A stretch of 64,000 nucleotides of DNA from Gemmatimonadales bacterium (lineage in GTDB: Bacteria > Gemmatimonadota > Gemmatimonadetes > Gemmatimonadales > GWC2-71-9): positions 9,870-73,869 of the forward strand of contig DASUXW010000161.1 of NCBI GenBank assembly GCA_036377715.1, read 5' to 3'. This document shows positions 19,307 through 27,584 of this stretch, in pieces (the first letter of the stretch is position 1; the number at the start of each line of letters is the position of its first letter). The position numbers and the translations under genes are program-made. Below the pieces are notes generated by a model. The model was not told the origin of the DNA. It saw only the letters and a list, made by a program, of their open reading frames with translations, and ran no database searches.

Positions 19307-20541
19307 CGCGTCCCTCGGGAGTCGTCCGTTCCGTTGACGACCTCGACGCTGCCGCCGCGCACCAGCCCCATGTAGACGTTCTGGTTGGGTACGTCCCCGT
19401 TGGCGTCGAACGCGACGGTGCCCGTGACCCCCTCGAACGGCGGCGTGACGGAGCCAACGCCTGCCAGCTCGCGCCGCACCGCCCCGCGGCTGGAGCCTAC
19501 CCGCGCGATCACGTCGCGCAGCAGGAAGATCGCGTCGTAGGTCGCGGCCGCCGGCTGGTTCGGCAGTCCGGCGCTCGGGTACTTTCGCCGGAACGCCTGG
19601 ACGAAGCGCCGGTTGGCGGCGCTCGGGATGTCGGGGAAGTAGGGTGAGCTGAGGTACACGCCCTCGGCGAGCTCCCCCGCCTCCTGAATGCCTTCGAGGC
19701 CGTCGCCGCCGAGCACCGGCATCCTGAGGCCGCGCTTCCGCGCCTGCCGCAGCACCTCTTCGGCCTCGCCCCGGTTGCCCGCCACGACGATGAACTCGGG
19801 CGGCTTCCCGCGCGCGAGCCGGTCGAGGTACGGCCCGACGTCGGGCCGATCGCCGAGGTAGGGGTCCACCGCTTCGAGCGCGCCACCGAGGCGGGTGTAC
19901 TCGGCGACGAACGTCTGCCTGATCCCGCGGCCGTACTCGTCATTGAGGTAGAGCACCGCGCCGTGCGTCAGGCCGAGGTGATCGCGCACCCAATGGGCCA
20001 GCACGGTGCCGTGTGCCTGATCGCTGGGGCACACGCGGAAGGTGTAGTCGCCCGCGGCAGTGACGTCGGGAGAGGACGACGATGGGCTGATGGCGACCAC
20101 CGGGTCCTCGCCGCCGTTGTACACGGGCGCGGCCGCGAGCGTCATGCCCGAGAACAGATGGCCCACCACCGCGGACACGCCGGAGGTGTAGAGATCGCTC
20201 GCGACAAAGACGGCGGAATCGGGGTCGGCGTAATCGTCGCGCATGACCAGCTCGAGCGGACGGCCACCGATGCCGCCGCCGGCGTTGATCTCCTCAGCGG
20301 CCAGCTCGGCGGCGAGCTTCATCGGCAGGCCGATCGGATCACTGAAGGACCCGGCGACGCCGATGCGAATCGGACCGCTGTCGGCCGCCCCGCAGCCGGA
20401 GATGAACCCCGCGAGCGCGAGCAGCGCGGCAGGGCGCGGCGCAATAAGCCTCAGTCGTTCGAACAATGCCAAGCCCGGCTCCCGCTCTCGGGGGTCGTCC
20501 CGTAAGAGTTGCTGGCGGAATGATTTGGGACCGGCTATCAA
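19303..20541 (-). CDS. LivK-like (type I periplasmic binding protein) lipoprotein; the true start is probably downstream of 20541
   Basis: Lipobox 'LAGFISGCG'. '[14 protein letters not shown]', '[10 protein letters not shown]'. Its TGA overlaps the MCP GTG (GTGA). Confidence 0.8.
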   Translation of the reverse strand: MIAGPKSFRQQLLRDDPREREPGLALFERLRLIAPRPAALLALAGFISGCGAADSGPIRIGVAGSFSDPIGLPMKLAAELAAEEINAGGGIGGRPLELVMRDDYADPDSAVFVASDLYTSGVSAVVGHLFSGMTLAAAPVYNGGEDPVVAISPSSSSPDVTAAGDYTFRVCPSDQAHGTVLAHWVRDHLGLTHGAVLYLNDEYGRGIRQTFVAEYTRLGGALEAVDPYLGDRPDVGPYLDRLARGKPPEFIVVAGNRGEAEEVLRQARKRGLRMPVLGGDGLEGIQEAGELAEGVYLSSPYFPDIPSAANRRFVQAFRRKYPSAGLPNQPAAATYDAIFLLRDVIARVGSSRGAVRRELAGVGSVTPPFEGVTGTVAFDANGDVPNQNVYMGLVRGGSVEVVNGTDDSRGTR

Positions 20542-20585
20542 GGGGGGACGGGTGTCCCGAGGCGGGAAAAGTGCAAATTACGTAC

Positions 20586-21125
20586 TCAGGAGCGGGTGCG
20601 CCCCCAGTCGTCGAGGACGCGCCCGTCCACCAGGCTCACCGAGGCCATCCGGCCGCCGCGCTCCGTACGCCAGGTGAGGCGCAGCATGCGGCCGCGTCGC
20701 ACCCACTGCATCATCCACTGCGTACCCTGCACCGAGGCGTCCACTCGGCCATAGCGCCGCTCCACCGCGTCACGCCAGCGGTCCAGCCGATCGGCCTCTA
20801 CCGCCGCGGAGATGGTGATGACGCTGGCGACGCCGTTCACGCACGAGACCCAGAGATCCACCCGACCGCCGAGCGCAGGGTCGTCGAGCGTGCCGCGGCA
20901 CTCGCTCACGCGGGCATCGGCTTGAGCCTGCTTGCAGCGGAGCGCGCCACGGGGGCGCTCCCGCACCAGCCTCTGCAGCTCGGCGACCGACGCACCCGCC
21001 CGGAAACCGTGGAACTCGAGCGCCGCCGTATCGGCCTCCACGCCGGGCGCGCTCTCCGCACGAACCGCGGCGGGGACGAGGCCGAGGGCAACGACGACGG
21101 CGAGCGCGTGGGTGCGAGGTGTCAT
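20586..21125 (-). CDS. Hypothetical secreted protein
   Basis: Signal peptide 'MTPRTHALAVVVALGLVPAAVRAES'. No recognisable family. Confidence 0.5.
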   Translation of the reverse strand: MTPRTHALAVVVALGLVPAAVRAESAPGVEADTAALEFHGFRAGASVAELQRLVRERPRGALRCKQAQADARVSECRGTLDDPALGGRVDLWVSCVNGVASVITISAAVEADRLDRWRDAVERRYGRVDASVQGTQWMMQWVRRGRMLRLTWRTERGGRMASVSLVDGRVLDDWGRTRS

Positions 21126-21231
21126 GAGGCGGAGCCCTCGGGGTGACGTAACCCGAGCCCCCCGCCGGTGGGGCGAGGGGCTCGGGTGGGACTGGACGTC
21201 TGGAACGGGAAAGACGCCGTGCGCCGGGTCG

Positions 21232-21432
21232 TCAGACCTTGCGGACGTTGGAGGCCTGTAGACCCTTGGGGCCTTCGACTACCTCGAATTCCACGTTGTC
21301 TCCCTCGGAGAGGGAGCGGAACCCCTCGGCGACGATAGCGGTGTGGTGAACGAAGACGTCCTTGCCGCCGTCCTGCGCGATGAAACCGAACCCCTTTGCG
21401 TCATTGAACCACTTGACCGTGCCCTTCGCCAT
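21232..21432 (-). CDS. cspA: Cold-shock protein (CSD)
   Basis: '[18 protein letters not shown]', 'VFVHHTAI'. Confidence 0.95.
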   Translation of the reverse strand: MAKGTVKWFNDAKGFGFIAQDGGKDVFVHHTAIVAEGFRSLSEGDNVEFEVVEGPKGLQASNVRKV

Positions 21433-21626
21433 TGTTGCAACCTCTTGATAGGGAGCCCGCAGGCCCCGGGGAAACCCCGGCCTTCGTGGCCGGGTGACAC
21501 TGCCCCAAAGAAAAAGCCGCCCGGATTCAACTCCCGGCCGGCCGGCGACGACTCAATCGTGCAAGGGGTTCACTTCGCGGAGCATGGTCTAAGGTCATGC
21601 GGGGAATGGGATTTGTCAATATGGCG

Positions 21627-21666
21627 GGCGGACAGGCGGACAGGCGGACAGGCGGACAGGCGGACA
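21627..21666. repeat. Tandem octamer repeat (GGCGGACA) x5
   Basis: Five perfect consecutive copies, read directly. Confidence 0.95.
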
Positions 21667-21679
21667 GAGCGGTTCATCG

Positions 21680-22035
21680 GTGCGGCGCGTGGGCGGAGCT
21701 TCCGGAACAAACCGTAGACAAGACGGACGGCGAGATCGCGCTGCGAGTCGAGCGATTGCCAATCGTCGTCGGACAGCAGTCCTCGATCGTGGCTGAATCG
21801 GAGGAGCTAGGCGAGCTCGGAGCGCGACCCAAGGGACATATGGAGAAAGCGTTCGAATTCCCGTTCGCCCGGCTTCGCCGCACCTTCGGCGAGGTTGGTC
21901 GGCATCGAGAGCACCGCCTTGCGCACCTGCGAAGTCACCCCATACAACTCGCTTCGAGGCCATCGATCCGTTCGCGAGGAAACCGCCAGCACCGACTGGT
22001 GCGCGGCCCGCGTCGAAGCGCTCGAACGCCATCAT
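21680..22035 (-). pseudogene. Four-helix-bundle protein of the 23S rRNA intervening-sequence family (PF05635/TIGR02436-like), disrupted
   Basis: 'MMAFERFDA' in one frame, then 'AHQSVLAVSSRTDRWPRSELYGVTSQVRKAVLSMPTNLAEGAAKPGEREFERFLHMSLGSRSELA' in another frame. An in-frame TAG follows (21807-21809), then 'LLRFSHDRGLLSDDDWQSLD...VYGLFRKL'. Confidence 0.7.
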
Positions 22036-22105
22036 ACTTCAACGGTGGTGAATACCGCCGGTTCTTGACAGCCCAATCCACGCCTGCATCATCCCGCCCG
22101 CCCGT

Positions 22106-22627
22106 CTATCTCAACACGACTCCTGCCGTCCGCAATTCATGATCGAGCAGCCAGCGTTTGCGTGCCAGGCCGCCGCCGTAGCCGACCAGCGAGCCGTCCT
22201 TTCCGACCACGCGGTGACACGGAATGAGGATGGCGAGGTGATTGGCGGCCACCAGCCAGCCGATCTGCCGCGGGTGCAGACGGGTGGCGCGGGCGATGTC
22301 ATCGTACGAACGGGTCTCGCCCAGCGGGATCTTCCGCAGGGTCTTGAACACCGCCACCTGCGCCGGCGAGAGCTCGAACCAGTGACGCAGGTGCTCGGGA
22401 AATGGGAAAGCCCGGGGAGACCCGGCGAAGTACTCGTCCAGCCACGCGGCGGTGATGCGGCATGGCCCCTGGCCGATGTGAAGCTCCGGAATCGCCGAGC
22501 GGAGCCGCACGGCCCACTTCACGTCGGGGGTCCGGTGCGGAAACTCCACTACCAGCGGCCCTGTCTCACATTCCACTACTGTGAGTGCGCCGATGGGCGA
22601 ACTGTAGGTCGTCCATTCGACCTGCAT
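22106..22627 (-). CDS. ogt: Methylated-DNA--protein-cysteine methyltransferase
   Basis: Active site 'IPCHRVVGKDGSLVGYGGGLARKRWLLDHE'. Confidence 0.9.
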   Translation of the reverse strand: MQVEWTTYSSPIGALTVVECETGPLVVEFPHRTPDVKWAVRLRSAIPELHIGQGPCRITAAWLDEYFAGSPRAFPFPEHLRHWFELSPAQVAVFKTLRKIPLGETRSYDDIARATRLHPRQIGWLVAANHLAILIPCHRVVGKDGSLVGYGGGLARKRWLLDHELRTAGVVLR

Positions 22628-22730
22628 GCTGGTCTCCGGGGAGCTTCACAGGAAAGGTAGCCGCCGCCGCCCACTGGAGCCAACGGGCGCCCGCTGACGC
22701 CGCGGCCACCTTCACCTTACATTTAGCGCC

Positions 22731-23342
22731 ATGACGTCACCTCAGTCGCTCGTGGTACGCACGTTTACCGATCGCGCCGAGGGGCTGTCCCACTTCGTGC
22801 TCCGGGCCGGTGAAGCGCCGCGGCTCCTTGCGTTCGACGACGCGCTTGGCTGTCCGCTCGAGACCGCGCTCGCGGCGCTCGAGTGGACCGGCGCGGTGGG
22901 GATCCTGCTCGACGACGATCAGCTGCACGCCGCCCGGCTCACCAGCGAGACGGCGGCCGCGGTGGTCGAGCGTAAGGGGCCCGACGGCCGGAGGTTCGTG
23001 TATCTCGGACCCCGGCTCGACGCGCCGCCCATGGATGTGTTCGAGGGTGCGGTGCTGTTTGACGAGCCCGGGGTCAAGGCGGTCGAGTTCACCCACCGCG
23101 CGCACGCCCTGGCTCACTTCCTCCGGGCGACCTCGGGCGCCGGCGCGCTGCTCGCCCTGCTCGGCCGGCGCGCTCCGGAGCTCCGCCACCTTCGGCGCTG
23201 GCTGGGGCCGATCATCCAGCGGCTCGACGTGCCCTGTCCGCTGGTGGCGGGGTGGTTTGCGGCCAGCTCGGCAGGGTGTCTGTTCGCCTCGCTCGAGGCG
23301 GAACCGGTGTACCGCTACGTTGAGGTCGGGCTGGAGCCCTGA
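22731..23342 (+). CDS. Hypothetical protein (203 aa)
   Basis: Long ORF with ordinary composition. No recognisable family. Confidence 0.5.
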   Translation: MTSPQSLVVRTFTDRAEGLSHFVLRAGEAPRLLAFDDALGCPLETALAALEWTGAVGILLDDDQLHAARLTSETAAAVVERKGPDGRRFVYLGPRLDAPPMDVFEGAVLFDEPGVKAVEFTHRAHALAHFLRATSGAGALLALLGRRAPELRHLRRWLGPIIQRLDVPCPLVAGWFAASSAGCLFASLEAEPVYRYVEVGLEP

Positions 23343-23479
23343 CGGAGCGTCAGGACCACGTGTGGGAGTGTGGATTCACATCTCCACATTGTGTGGACGG
23401 ACGGGGTAGGCTGCGGGCCGAGCACGGGTTAGCTATCCACACCGCTGGTCGATAGAAGTGGCGTAACCCGAATAAAGTC

Positions 23480-23515
23480 AGGCACTTGCGAGATTATCGC
23501 GGGTGCCTATTTTCA
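23480..23515 (+). terminator. Intrinsic terminator candidate (12-bp stem including two G.U pairs, GAUUA loop, ATTTTCATT tail)
   Basis: AGGCACTTGCGA-gatta-TCGCGGGTGCCT followed by a T-rich run. Confidence 0.6.
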
Positions 23516-23906
23516 TTCTACGCGCTCCGTTGGATGCGTGCTGGGGCCCCGAGCTTCAGTAACGGCCGGCAGGGCGGGCTCGAGCGGGATATCAGGGGAG
23601 AGGGCCGACGCAACCAAGGGCTCAGGCTCTCGTCGATCCTGGTGATCACCCCGGCTCGGGCAGGTGAAGCCAGTCGCGTGCTTCATCCACTCCGATCTGG
23701 CGCCTCGGAGTGCAGTGCGAACGGTCGGTCCGCGACCCGATCCGACTCGCAGCGCTCGAATGGACGAACCAGGCAGGATGGCCATCCAGCTTGGGGATCA
23801 AAACCGAGGCCTCACCACGCCCTCCCGAGCGGCGAACCAGCCAACCGGTGGCAGGTGGGAGAAGAACGGCGGCAGCAATGCCCCGACCCCGGCATAGTCC
23901 ACACGT

Positions 23907-23947
23907 GGGACGGCCGCCTAGCCACGACTGGGCGGCCGTTCCGTTTT
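23907..23947 (+). terminator. Intrinsic terminator candidate (12-bp GC stem, then GTTTTCT)
   Basis: GGGACGGCCGCC-12 nt loop-GGCGGCCGTTCC, then GTTTTCT. The U tract exists only on the + strand. Confidence 0.6.
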
Positions 23948-24949
23948 CTATCCTATCTCATTGCCGTCGTTCGGCGGCAGACCCCAGTCGCTCACACCCC
24001 GGTAGGCCCGGCGCCGGTCGAGCTGCCAGAGCTTGGCGCTCACCAGGGCATCGCCCGTGAAGTTGGCCGGGTCGCCGAGCGCGTCGGCCATGCCGGCGGT
24101 CTTGGCGCTCGCGTTGTCGGCGTAGTGGAGCACTTCGGCCTCGAGCGTCATCGGGGGAATGGCGGCGCCGAACTCCGGCTTGCCGTGATGGGAGGCGATG
24201 AGGTGGTGCAGCACCGTGAGCTCGCGGTCGGTGCATGGCGCCGGGTCTTCGCGCGCCACGCGCCGGTCGAGCATGAGAAGACCGAGCGTCACGTGCCCAA
24301 GCAGCGCGCCGCACTCGGTGTTCTCGAAAACGCCTTCCCACCGATATGCCTCGAGCTTGCCGATATCGTGCAGCAGCGCGCCGGCCAGCACCAGCTCCGA
24401 GTCGGCGTGGCAGGCCTTGGCAATGGCCCGCCCGATAGCCGCGACTTCGCAGGTGTGCCGGAGCAGCCCGCCGAGCTCGGCGTGGTGCCCGACGGTGCTC
24501 GCGGGACACTCCTGGTAGCGCCGGCGGAACTCGTCGTCGGCATAGAACAGCTCCAGCGTGCGGCGGAGCCGCGGACGCCGGAGCTCGCCGCGCCAGCGGT
24601 CGAGCAGGTCCCAGTAGGGTGCGACCTCACGGACGGAGCGGACGAGCTGACGCCAGTCAATGGCGCCCCGCGGGAGGATGCGGATCGAGCTGATCTTGAG
24701 CTGGCGCTTGCCGTTGTACTGGCCCACTTCGCCGATGACCTGGGCCACGTCTCCCCGGGCTATGCCGGCGATACGCACTTGATCTTCGGGCCAGAAGGGA
24801 GCGCTCGGGATCTGCCCGTAGCAATTGCCGAGCACGAGGGTGGTGAAGGCGCCGCGGCCGGAATCGCGCTGCTCGACCTCGAGCACGAGCAGCGGGTCCT
24901 GCACGCGGCTTCCCACGGCGAGCTGCTTGAGATCGGGCGGCCCCGACAT
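23948..24949 (-). CDS. OB-fold + HD-domain protein (YhaM-like 3'-5' exoribonuclease family)
   Basis: N-terminal OB 'VLGNCYGQIPSAPFW...VIGEVGQYNGKRQLKI'. HD region 'HHAELGGLLRHTCEVA...ALLHDIGK'. Start taken at the MSGPPD Met. Confidence 0.8.
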   Translation of the reverse strand: MSGPPDLKQLAVGSRVQDPLLVLEVEQRDSGRGAFTTLVLGNCYGQIPSAPFWPEDQVRIAGIARGDVAQVIGEVGQYNGKRQLKISSIRILPRGAIDWRQLVRSVREVAPYWDLLDRWRGELRRPRLRRTLELFYADDEFRRRYQECPASTVGHHAELGGLLRHTCEVAAIGRAIAKACHADSELVLAGALLHDIGKLEAYRWEGVFENTECGALLGHVTLGLLMLDRRVAREDPAPCTDRELTVLHHLIASHHGKPEFGAAIPPMTLEAEVLHYADNASAKTAGMADALGDPANFTGDALVSAKLWQLDRRRAYRGVSDWGLPPNDGNEIG

Positions 24950-25025
24950 GGCTGACTCGGCGGCTGGATTGGGCACAAGATAGGTCCGTCTGTCTCCGGC
25001 GGGAACTCGGCAGTAGGTTGGAGCC

Positions 25026-25403
25026 ATGGATCCGATGCACCTGCTCGTGCTCGAGCGCGACCCGGACCGGCGGGACGCGCTGTTGGCGACGCTGCGCGGC
25101 GCGGGGCATCACGCCGTCGCGGCTCCCGATGCGGGGGCGGCGGCGACTGCGTTGGCCGCGCCCGGCTTCGACGCGCTGGTGCTCGACCTTGGCCTGCCCG
25201 ACCTGGACACGGCGCGGCTGCGCGAGGCACTGGTGCCGACGGAGACGGCGGCGCCCGACTCCCTGGAGGCGGCCGAGCGACGCCACATCGCCCTGACGCT
25301 GCAGCATACCGGCGGCAACAAGCGACGCGCGGCGCTGCTGCTTGGCATCTCCCGATCCACCTTGCTGCACAAGGTGCGGAAGTACGGGCTCGGCGCCATT
25401 TGA
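25026..25403 (+). CDS. Truncated receiver + Fis-type HTH protein ('mini-NtrC', no AAA+ domain)
   Basis: REC-like 'LLVLERDPDRRD...DALVLDLGLPD', followed directly by HTH_8 'RRHIALTLQHTGGNKRRAALLLGISRSTLLHKVRKYGL'. Confidence 0.7.
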   Translation: MDPMHLLVLERDPDRRDALLATLRGAGHHAVAAPDAGAAATALAAPGFDALVLDLGLPDLDTARLREALVPTETAAPDSLEAAERRHIALTLQHTGGNKRRAALLLGISRSTLLHKVRKYGLGAI

Positions 25404-25489
25404 GCGTTCCGTCGGTGCGTGAGCACGCGACCCCTCATCGGAGGTGCCGTCAGCCTCCGAACCAGCCGAGGGGCCGCGCGCCGGGGCGC

Positions 25490-25915
25490 TCACGGCACGA
25501 TGCGCACGCGGCCGAGTCGGGAGACCACCACCGTGCGAACCGAGGCGCCCCGACTCAGACGGAACGAGGCGTTGCTCAATCCCATGCTCATCCCCACCGG
25601 CGAGAAGGTGATGCGTCTCTGCGGCCCGGCGAGTGCCACGCGGCTGGCGGCGGGACCCGGTGCACGCCAGAGATCGACGGCGCTGCCGCGAGCACGAATG
25701 GCGAGATCGGCGGAATCGACCGTGAGCTCGATGACCTGACTCCGGAGCACGGCCACCATGCGCGCGCGGCGATGCGCGGCGATGATCTCGTGGGCGGCAC
25801 GGTCGACCGCGATGCTGTCGGTCAGGCCGCGGAGTTGCGGGAGTGCAATGCCAAGCAGCAGCCCGATGATGGCGAGCGAGAGGGTGAGCTCGAGCAGGGT
25901 GGTGCCGCGTTGCAT
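25490..25915 (-). CDS. GspH/FimT-like minor (pseudo)pilin
   Basis: Prepilin N-terminus 'MQRGTTLLELTLSLAIIGLLLGIALP' with Glu at +5. GspH-like body. Confidence 0.75.
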   Translation of the reverse strand: MQRGTTLLELTLSLAIIGLLLGIALPQLRGLTDSIAVDRAAHEIIAAHRRARMVAVLRSQVIELTVDSADLAIRARGSAVDLWRAPGPAASRVALAGPQRRITFSPVGMSMGLSNASFRLSRGASVRTVVVSRLGRVRIVP

Positions 25916-26038
25916 GGGGCAAGAGTACGGCGCGCCGGGGCGGCGGCAGGCACCCCTTTTGCGCCGTCGGATGCTCCAAATTGCGTGCCCTTGCCTCCCG
26001 GCATTCCGCGCGCGATACTAGGCTGAACCATCCGACTC

Positions 26039-27346
26039 TTGACGGAAGGACGCGCCCTGTTCACGCCGCAGCACCTCTTCGGTGAGGCCCAGCCGTCCGA
26101 CGACTTCCTGAGCCAGGCGCCCTTCCTGGAGCGGGCCAGGACGGAGCACCTGCGCCAGCGCGAGCTCTCCGCCCGGCTGGCGCTCGGCGCCTACCTGGTC
26201 TCCAGGCTCGTGGAGCGGACGCTCACCCACTCAGGCGATTTGCGGGCGGAGGAAGGGTTGCTCTGGCAGCATGAGGCAGTGCGCCGCCACCTGCGTGACC
26301 TGCCCACGGACTCCCCCGAAAGCGCTCATCTGCACGGTATTGCCGAGGCCATCACCGTCACGGCGCAGCCCCGCGCCGGGCTGCGCTTGAGCCTCACCGC
26401 CTACGCGTATTTCCTCGAGCACGAAGGCCGCCTGGAAGAGGCCCTCGAGATCCTGGCGCTGGCGGTGCGCACGCACGGGCCCGAGGTGCCCGACGGCGAT
26501 TTCGCTACCTCGGCGCTGTTCGCCGGCCGGCTCAATCGTCTGCTGGCCAGGTGGATGGTCGCGACCAACTGCTACCTCGCGGCGGAGGCGGCGGCGGAGC
26601 GGACCGGCGACCGGGTGCTCAGCCTGCGGGCGAGGCTGGGTCGCGGAGCGGTGCACAGGGGCCAGGGCAACCTGCCGCTGGCCCGCAAGACGGCCGAGGA
26701 GGTCGCCACCGCGGCGCGGCGGGACGGGCTGCGCGAAGTCGAGGCGATGGCGTGCTCCGATCTCGGCTCGGTCCTGGCCAACGAGGGCAGGAGCGTGGAG
26801 GCCGTGCAGGCGATCTACCGCGCTTTTCTGCTGACCGACGACGTGCTCCAGCAGACCCGGGTACTCGGTGACCTCGGGATCGCCTTGCTCGACACGGGGG
26901 CCCGGGAGGCGGCGCGGACCGCGTTCGAGATCGTGCTGCGATCCAAGACGAGCTTCCTGGTCCGTACCAACGCGCTGCTCGAGCTCATGGACATGGAATC
27001 GGCCGCGGGTAATCGGATGGCGTTCGAGCGGCGGCGCACCGAGGCCGACGCTGCCCGCACCCGCATGCCGCCCAGCATGCTGGCCGATCTCTACTTCAAG
27101 GCCGGAGTCGGCCTGGCCCGCTTCGGTCAGACCGGACGCGGGCGCACCCTGCTGGAGACGGGGTTGAAGCACGCGGAAGAGCACGAGCTCAACGCCTGGT
27201 ACTTCCGTTTCGAGCGGACCCTGGACAACCTGGCTGCGCTGGAACTCCGCGAGCCCGAGCTCGCCACGCCCACACCCGAGCAGGTGTCTCCGGCGCTGGA
27301 CGAGGTGGCGGTCGGGCTCCGCGAGTTTGCGCTTCAGGCGATCTAG
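26039..27346 (+). CDS. TPR-like helical-repeat protein
   Basis: Repeated Ala/Leu-rich helical hairpins ('GRLEEALEILALAV', 'GRSVEAVQAIYRAFLL', 'ADLYFKAGVGLARFGQ'). TTG start is uncertain. Confidence 0.55.
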   Translation: MTEGRALFTPQHLFGEAQPSDDFLSQAPFLERARTEHLRQRELSARLALGAYLVSRLVERTLTHSGDLRAEEGLLWQHEAVRRHLRDLPTDSPESAHLHGIAEAITVTAQPRAGLRLSLTAYAYFLEHEGRLEEALEILALAVRTHGPEVPDGDFATSALFAGRLNRLLARWMVATNCYLAAEAAAERTGDRVLSLRARLGRGAVHRGQGNLPLARKTAEEVATAARRDGLREVEAMACSDLGSVLANEGRSVEAVQAIYRAFLLTDDVLQQTRVLGDLGIALLDTGAREAARTAFEIVLRSKTSFLVRTNALLELMDMESAAGNRMAFERRRTEADAARTRMPPSMLADLYFKAGVGLARFGQTGRGRTLLETGLKHAEEHELNAWYFRFERTLDNLAALELREPELATPTPEQVSPALDEVAVGLREFALQAI

Positions 27347-27483
27347 TTATTGGCCCCTTGGGTCTCGAACGCGGGCACGGTCTGGTCTGACGGGCCCGTG
27401 GCATCCATGCGCGTGCAGGCGCTGGAGGTGATCCCGGCGATGGTCAGCGAGGCGATCAGGATCCACTTGGTCGAGCGAGACAT
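27343..27483 (-). CDS. Small lipoprotein (46 aa)
   Basis: AGGGAG RBS. 'MSRSTKWILIASLTIAGITSSAC' signal plus lipobox. Its stop shares the CTAG palindrome with the convergent TPR gene stop. Confidence 0.5.
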   Translation of the reverse strand: MSRSTKWILIASLTIAGITSSACTRMDATGPSDQTVPAFETQGANN

Positions 27484-27584
27484 GGCCACTCCCTTGGATT
27501 TGGCGTCTGGGGATGAGGGTAGAGCCAATCTGGGGCACGATTCCGCTCCCGTTTAGGCCCTTTTTGCGACAAATAGGGGCGATT

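Noticed and set aside
21627-21666. Short tandem repeats considered as a CRISPR array or as coding repeats (ORF 21597..22142 (+) and ORF 21616..22035 (-) read through them).
   Set aside because: The units are 8 nt with no spacers, so this is not CRISPR. The ORFs crossing them give repetitive 'GGQADRRT'-type translations and overlap the recognisable four-helix-bundle pseudogene in other frames.
23361-23441. The DnaA-box-like cluster considered as the chromosomal origin (oriC).
   Set aside because: No dnaA, dnaN or gyrB is nearby, there is no AT-rich unwinding element with 13-mer-type repeats, and only one motif is a near-consensus box.
23520-23947. The ~400-nt terminator-bounded segment considered as RNase P RNA or tmRNA.
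   Set aside because: The RNase P segments GAGGAAAGUCCGGGC and ACAGAAnCCGGCUUA are absent. There is no T-arm GGUUCGA, no alanine-type G3.U70 acceptor, and no tag ORF ending in ...LAA. The 'GGGGCC...GGCCUCACCA' resemblance places the wobble at position 2 and lacks a T-loop. The region is kept only as an unclassified candidate.
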